From an uncultured Gemmatimonadaceae bacterium (lineage in GTDB: Bacteria; Gemmatimonadota; Gemmatimonadetes; Gemmatimonadales; Gemmatimonadaceae), in assembly GCA_963751275.1 (NCBI GenBank), contig CAVVTZ010000002.1:32001-96000 (forward strand): a stretch of 64,000 nt of DNA. Reading direction: 5' to 3'. Positions 59,243 through 64,000 of the stretch are shown piece by piece (position 1 is the first letter of the stretch; the number at the start of each line of letters is the position of its first letter). Made by a program: the position numbers and the translations under genes. The notes under the pieces were generated by a model. It ran no database searches, was not told the DNA's origin, and saw nothing but the letters and a program-made list of their open reading frames with translations.

Positions 59243-61037
59243 GTGAGTAGTGAGCCCCCCGCATGGAGTCCCGCATGGCCGCGCATCTCTGCCGACCCCG
59301 ATCACAATCCCTCGTTCACGAAGAGTGTCTTCCTCGGCGAGATCCGTGAGGATCTCGTCTTTCCCTTCCCCGTCCTCGCGAAGGAAGAGCAGGAGAACCT
59401 CGCGGCGATCCTCGATTCGTTCCACGCGTGGGCCGCGGCGAACGTCGATTCGCACCGGCAGGACAAGGATGGAAAATTTCCGGAGACCGTGGTCAAGGGG
59501 ATGGCCGAGCTCGGCATGATGGGCGTGAACATCGCGGAGGAGTACGGCGGGTTCGGCGCGTCGGCGATGACGTTCAATCGCGTCTTCGCGGCGGTCGGCG
59601 CGATGGATCCGGCGCTCTGCGTCTTCTTCGGCGCGCACCAGTCCATCGGCGCCAAGGGGATCAGGCTCTTCGGCACCGACGAGCAGAAGAAGCGCTGGCT
59701 GCCGCGCGTCGCCAGCGGCGAGCTCGTCGCGGCCTTCTGTCTCACCGAGGCAGGGTCCGGCTCCGACGCGCAGGCGATGCGCACGAGCGCGGTGCCGAGC
59801 GCGGACGGCTCGCACTACGTGCTCAACGGGCAGAAGATCTGGATCTCGAACGCAGGTTACGCCGGGCTGCTCACGGTGTTCGCGAAGGTGCCGGTGGTGA
59901 TCGACGGCAAGCCGAAGGAGCGCGTGACCGCCTTCCTCGTGGATGCGCACGCGCCCGGCGTCTCGCTCGGCAAGATCGAGGAGAAGATGGGGATCAAGGC
60001 GAGCGACACGCGCACGATCTCCTTCGAGAACGTGAAGGTGCCCGTCGAGGACCGCCTGGGCGACGTCGGCCATGGCTTCAAGATCGCGCTCGAGATCCTG
60101 AATTCCGGGCGGCTGGGGCTGAGCGCGGCGTCGGCGCAGGGCGCGCAGAAGGTGGCGGCGATGGCGCTCGCGTACGCCAAGGAACGCGAGCAGTTCGGCC
60201 GGCCCATCGGATCGTTCGAGATGATCCAACGCAAGTTCGCGATCGTCGCCGCCGATTGTTACGCGGCCGACGCGGCGTGGATGGTCACCGCGAGCGATGA
60301 TGGACCGCGGCGGGATCGATTTCTCCCTCGAGACCGCTGCGGGCAAGATCTTCGCGTCGGAACTCGCCTTCCGCGCGGCCACCGACGCGATGCAGATCGC
60401 GGGCGGCATCGGCTATTCCAAGGAGTATCCGTACGAGCAGGCGGTGCGCGATGCGCGCATCAATCTCATCTTCGAGGGAACGAACGAGATCCTGCGCGCG
60501 CTGATCGCCCTCACCGCGCTGCAGCAGCCGGGCGAGCAACTCAAGGCGATCGGCAAGGCGTTCCGGGATCCGCTGCACGGCATCGGCGCCATCGGCGGCT
60601 ACATCGCCGGCCGCGTCAAGCGCACGCTGACCAAGGCCGAGTTCACGAAGGTCCATCCGGCGCTCAAGGAGGAGGCCGATCTCGTGGCGACGGTGATCCA
60701 CGATCTGGCGAACGGCGTGGAGAAGCTGCTCATCGAGCACGGCAAGGAGATGATCGAGCACCAGTTCCAGCAGGAGCGCATGGCGAACGCGGCGATCGAC
60801 ATCTATCTGGCGACGGCCACGCTCTCGCGCGCGACGCGGGCGATCGAGACCGCCGGCAGCGTCGAGCAGGCGCAGGCCGACGTGGACAACGCGAGGATCT
60901 TCATCCCCACCGCCATGCGCCGCGCCCGCCGCTCGGTGCGTGCCTTCGAGCACAATCAGGACGCGCGGCTGAAGAGCATCGCCGAGCGTGCGCTGGACAC
61001 CGGCGCCCTCACCGTGCGCACGCCCACCGACAAGTAG
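59243..61037 (+). CDS. Acyl-CoA dehydrogenase (ACAD9/VLCAD-like); frameshift near 60297
   Basis: HQSIG, FCLTEAGSGSDA, NGQKIWISN, KMGIKAS, REQFGRPI, QIAGG.GY and RINLIFEGTNEI. Confidence 0.93.
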
Positions 61038-61083
61038 TACTATACGCGAGACGCGACACGCGCCCCGCAGCTGCAGTTGTGCC

Positions 61084-61171
61084 CATCATGTCCATCATGT
61101 AAATCCTGTCTAGAGTAGTTCAGTAGGTACTAGGAACTACTTTTGACAGGATGAACATGATGGACATGATG
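61084..61171. repeat. Family A palindrome (inside-out form)
   Basis: CATCATGTCCATCATGTAAATCCTGTCTAGAGTAGTT...AACTACTTTTGACAGGATGAACATGATGGACATGATG. Confidence 0.85.
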
Positions 61172-61213
61172 ACCTCGAACACCTTAACAGTCCCCCGTAA
61201 CCGGAGAACGATC

Positions 61214-61636
61214 ATGGATCGCACCTCGAACGCCCGTTGGGAGGGCGACCTCAAGGCAGGGAATGGAAAGATCAAACTCGGGAGTGGTTCGTTCGAAGGG
61301 AAATACTCCTTCGGCACCCGTTTCGAGAGCGCACCGGGCACGAACCCCGAAGAGCTCCTCGGCGCCGCGCACGCGGCGTGCTTCTCGATGGCACTGGCCG
61401 CGGGACTCGCGAAGGCGGGCAAGACCGCGACGAGCATCGACACCACCGCCACCGTGCACCTCGAGAAGAACGACGCGGGGTTCTCGATCACGGGCATCCA
61501 CCTCGACACCACCGGCGTCGTGCCCGGACTGGCCGCCGCGGATTTCCAGAAGGCGGCGGAGGATACGAAGAAGAATTGCATCGTGTCGCGCGCCCTGGCG
61601 TCGGTGCCCATGACGCTCAAGGCGACACTGAAATAA
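61214..61636 (+). CDS. osmC: OsmC family peroxiredoxin
   Basis: WEGDLKAGNG, GTNPEELLGAAHAACFSMAL and KNCIVSRAL. Confidence 0.95.
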   Translation: MDRTSNARWEGDLKAGNGKIKLGSGSFEGKYSFGTRFESAPGTNPEELLGAAHAACFSMALAAGLAKAGKTATSIDTTATVHLEKNDAGFSITGIHLDTTGVVPGLAAADFQKAAEDTKKNCIVSRALASVPMTLKATLK

Positions 61637-61806
61637 CGGCGAGTGTGACGACGCTGACGGCGAATATGGCGCCGCTCTAACGGCGCTTGTGGTCGTTGAC
61701 GTGTGGCACCTGCGCCGCGAGCGCAATTCGCAGTAGCCACACGTCAACGACCAAAGGCGCCGTCAGCGGCGTTACAAGCGCCGTCAGCGTCGTCACGCTC
61801 GCCGTT
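61635..61806. repeat. Family E inverted repeat
   Basis: AACGGCGAGTGTGACGACGCTGACGGCG...GGTCGTTGACGTGTGGC / GCCACACGTCAACGACC...CGCCGTCAGCGTCGTCACGCTCGCCGTT. Confidence 0.88.
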
Positions 61807-61863
61807 CGCGGTATTAGTCGCACCTGCCTTGCGATGCCCCCCGTGCGGCCGCAGAATCGTACC

Positions 61864-63913
61864 ATGAGAAAGTTCCTCTCCGCCCTCGCGGCGCTCGCCG
61901 TGGCGGCCGAGTTCCGCCGCCGCGCAGCATGATTACCCCGCCCCGCTGATCGGCGAATCCACCGTCGCGGCGCTCAACAATGAACTCTCCGGCTCCGCGG
62001 CGAAACGCACGGTCGAGTTCATCGCGCAGCTCAATCGCCCGCGCGGATCCAGGACCTTCAACATCGCCGCCGATCACATCGCCGCCGAGCTCACGCGCTA
62101 TGGGCTCGAGGGCGTGACGGTGATCGAGATCCCCACGGATGGCCGCACGATGTATGGCACCGAGAAATCGCGTCCGGCGTGGGATCCGCAATTCGCCGAG
62201 CTCTGGGAAGTACGCCGCGATGGCGCAAAGACCATCGACGTCGCGCGGCTCGCGAGCTTCGAGGATGAGCCCGTGGTGCTCGCCGAGGACAGCGACAGCG
62301 GGAGCGTCACCGCCGACCTGATCGATGTGGGCGACGGCACGAACGAGTCCGACTACGCGGGCAAGGACGTGAAGGGCAAGCTCGTGCTCATCGCGGCCCA
62401 GCCTGGCGCCGCCGCGCCGCTGGCGGTGGACAAGTTCGGCGCCGCGGGCATGGTGAGTTACGCGCAGAACCAACCCACCGCGTGGAGCGGCGAGGATGAG
62501 AACCTCATCCGCTGGGGCCACCTCGATTCGTACTCGCCGCGCAAAACGTTCTCCTTCATGTTCTCGCTCAAGCAGGCGCGCGCAATGCGGGCGCGCCTCG
62601 CTGCCGGCGAGCACGTCACGCTCCGCGCCACGGTGTACGCCGCTCGCCATCCCGGCACGTACCGTGTGGTCACGGCCGTCATCAAAGGCGCCGATCCGGC
62701 GCTCGGCAGCGAAGAGATCGTCTACAGCTGCCACCTCGACCACCAGCGCCCCGGCGCGAACGACAACGCCAGCGGCTGCGCCACGATCCTCGAGGTCGCG
62801 CGCACGCTCGACAAGCTCGTGCGCGAGGGGCGCATCGCGCGCCCCGCGCGCACGATCCGCTTCATCTGGCCCGCCGAGATCGAAGCGACGATGGCGCTCT
62901 TCCACTACCGCGCCGACCTGCGCGCGCACTTCAAGGCCGCGGTGCAGATGGACATGGTGGGCGGCAATCAGAACACGAAGGCGATCTTCCACGTCACGCG
63001 CGGCCCGCCGAGTCTGCCGAGCTTCGCGTACGACGTGGGCGAGGCCTTCGGCGCCTATATCAACAATGAATCCAATGGCTATGCGTCGGGCACGGGCGGG
63101 CAGTATCCGTTCGTCTCGGTGGAAGGCGGCAAGGAGGCGCTCCTCGCGAACCTCGCGGAATTCACGATGGGCAGCGACAACATCGTGTACGCCGAGGGCT
63201 CGTTCCGGATCCCGGTCATCTACCTCAACGATTGGCCCGACCGCTACATCCACACGAACTTCGATACGCCGGCGAACATCGATGCCACCAAGCTCGAGCG
63301 CGCGGCGTTCATCGGCGCGGCGAGCGGGCTCTATCTCGCGAACGTCCGCTCGGCCGGCGTGGCCGCGCTCTGGAACGTGATGAAGGGACAGGCGCTGCGC
63401 CGCGCCGCGGTCACGATGGACCGGCGCAGCACGCTCACGCCGGCCGAGGGAAGCGTGCTGGTTCGCGCGCAGCTGTCGGTGGAGCGCGCGGCCTTCGCAT
63501 CCATTGCCGGATTCGCGCCGATCCCCGACAGCGTGACCGCCGACGCGAAGGTCTTCTTCACGCGTCTCGAGACGATGCTCGGCCCGCTCGCGGCGGAGGG
63601 CCCCGCCACGGGCGACGGCGCGCTCGTCTTCGCGCGCACGCCGCAGGCGACCGGGCCGATGTCGCTCTTCGTCGGCTATGATTATTTCGCCGATCACTAC
63701 AAGGGACCGCCCCCGCGTCTCATCGATTATCAGGGGCTCCGCGGCGCCGGCGGCGAGTACATCTACGAGACGCTGAACCTCGTCAACGGCACGCGCAACG
63801 CGCGCGACATCCGCGATCTTGTCAGTGCGGAATACGGACCGGTGCCGCTCGATGTGGTCGTGGAGTATCTTCGTGCGCTCCAGCAGGCGGGCGTCGTCAA
63901 GCTGGCTCACTAA
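61864..63913 (+). CDS. M28 family aminopeptidase-like (DUF4910-like) protein; frameshift(s) near 61910-61950
   Basis: Signal MRKFLSALAALAV; PA-like domain; SCHLDH, GANDNASG, WPAE, DMVG, GSD and YIHTNFD. Confidence 0.85.
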
Positions 63914-64000
63914 GCGCCCAACGAACCGGGAGGCAGCACACGGTGTGGTGGATCAGCTATCGCGGTGAGGAGAGTCACGGCATCAACAACATCGGCGTGT

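Noticed and set aside
63943..64000. Start of a further CDS at the right edge
   Set aside because: Too short to assign a frame or product.

Overview
High-GC bacterial chromosome segment. The gene repertoire (PadR plus duplicated MacB/FtsX permease, VPS10-type propeller, S9/M28 peptidases, Omp85, OmpA) suggests Gemmatimonadota or an Acidobacteriota-like lineage; this is inference only. About 55 CDS can be supported. More than a dozen carry single-base frameshifts that look like long-read consensus errors. No rRNA, tRNA, CRISPR array, integrase or transposase is visible. Three structures stand out. (1) A ~17 kb general-stress island (26.2-43.1 kb: BON, DUF4397, CsbD, AI-2E, PAS histidine kinase/response regulator, DUF1328, iron permease, ElaB/YqjD-like, ferritin-like, Ku-LigD, dodecin). 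Six of its transcription units carry the same covarying 5' leader RNA: [hairpin]-CCUUGnCG-[hairpin]-AGUCGAAGGCRCG-[hairpin]-CGYGCC-U-tract. Its antiterminator-like helix and terminator stem are mutually exclusive, and four copies are preceded by a GGAAC-N15-17-GRTAG promoter-like box. This is the best candidate for an undescribed riboswitch/attenuator regulon. (2) Dense families of intergenic palindromic elements built from 7-, 9- or 21-nt subrepeats (about 18 loci). One encloses a four-helix-bundle (TIGR02436/bAvd-like) gene, and one family occurs in two inside-out permutations plus a tandem array. (3) An actinobacterial Sdh1-like succinate dehydrogenase operon, and a tandem pair of large Tyr/Gly-rich exported paralogues next to an Omp85 gene.
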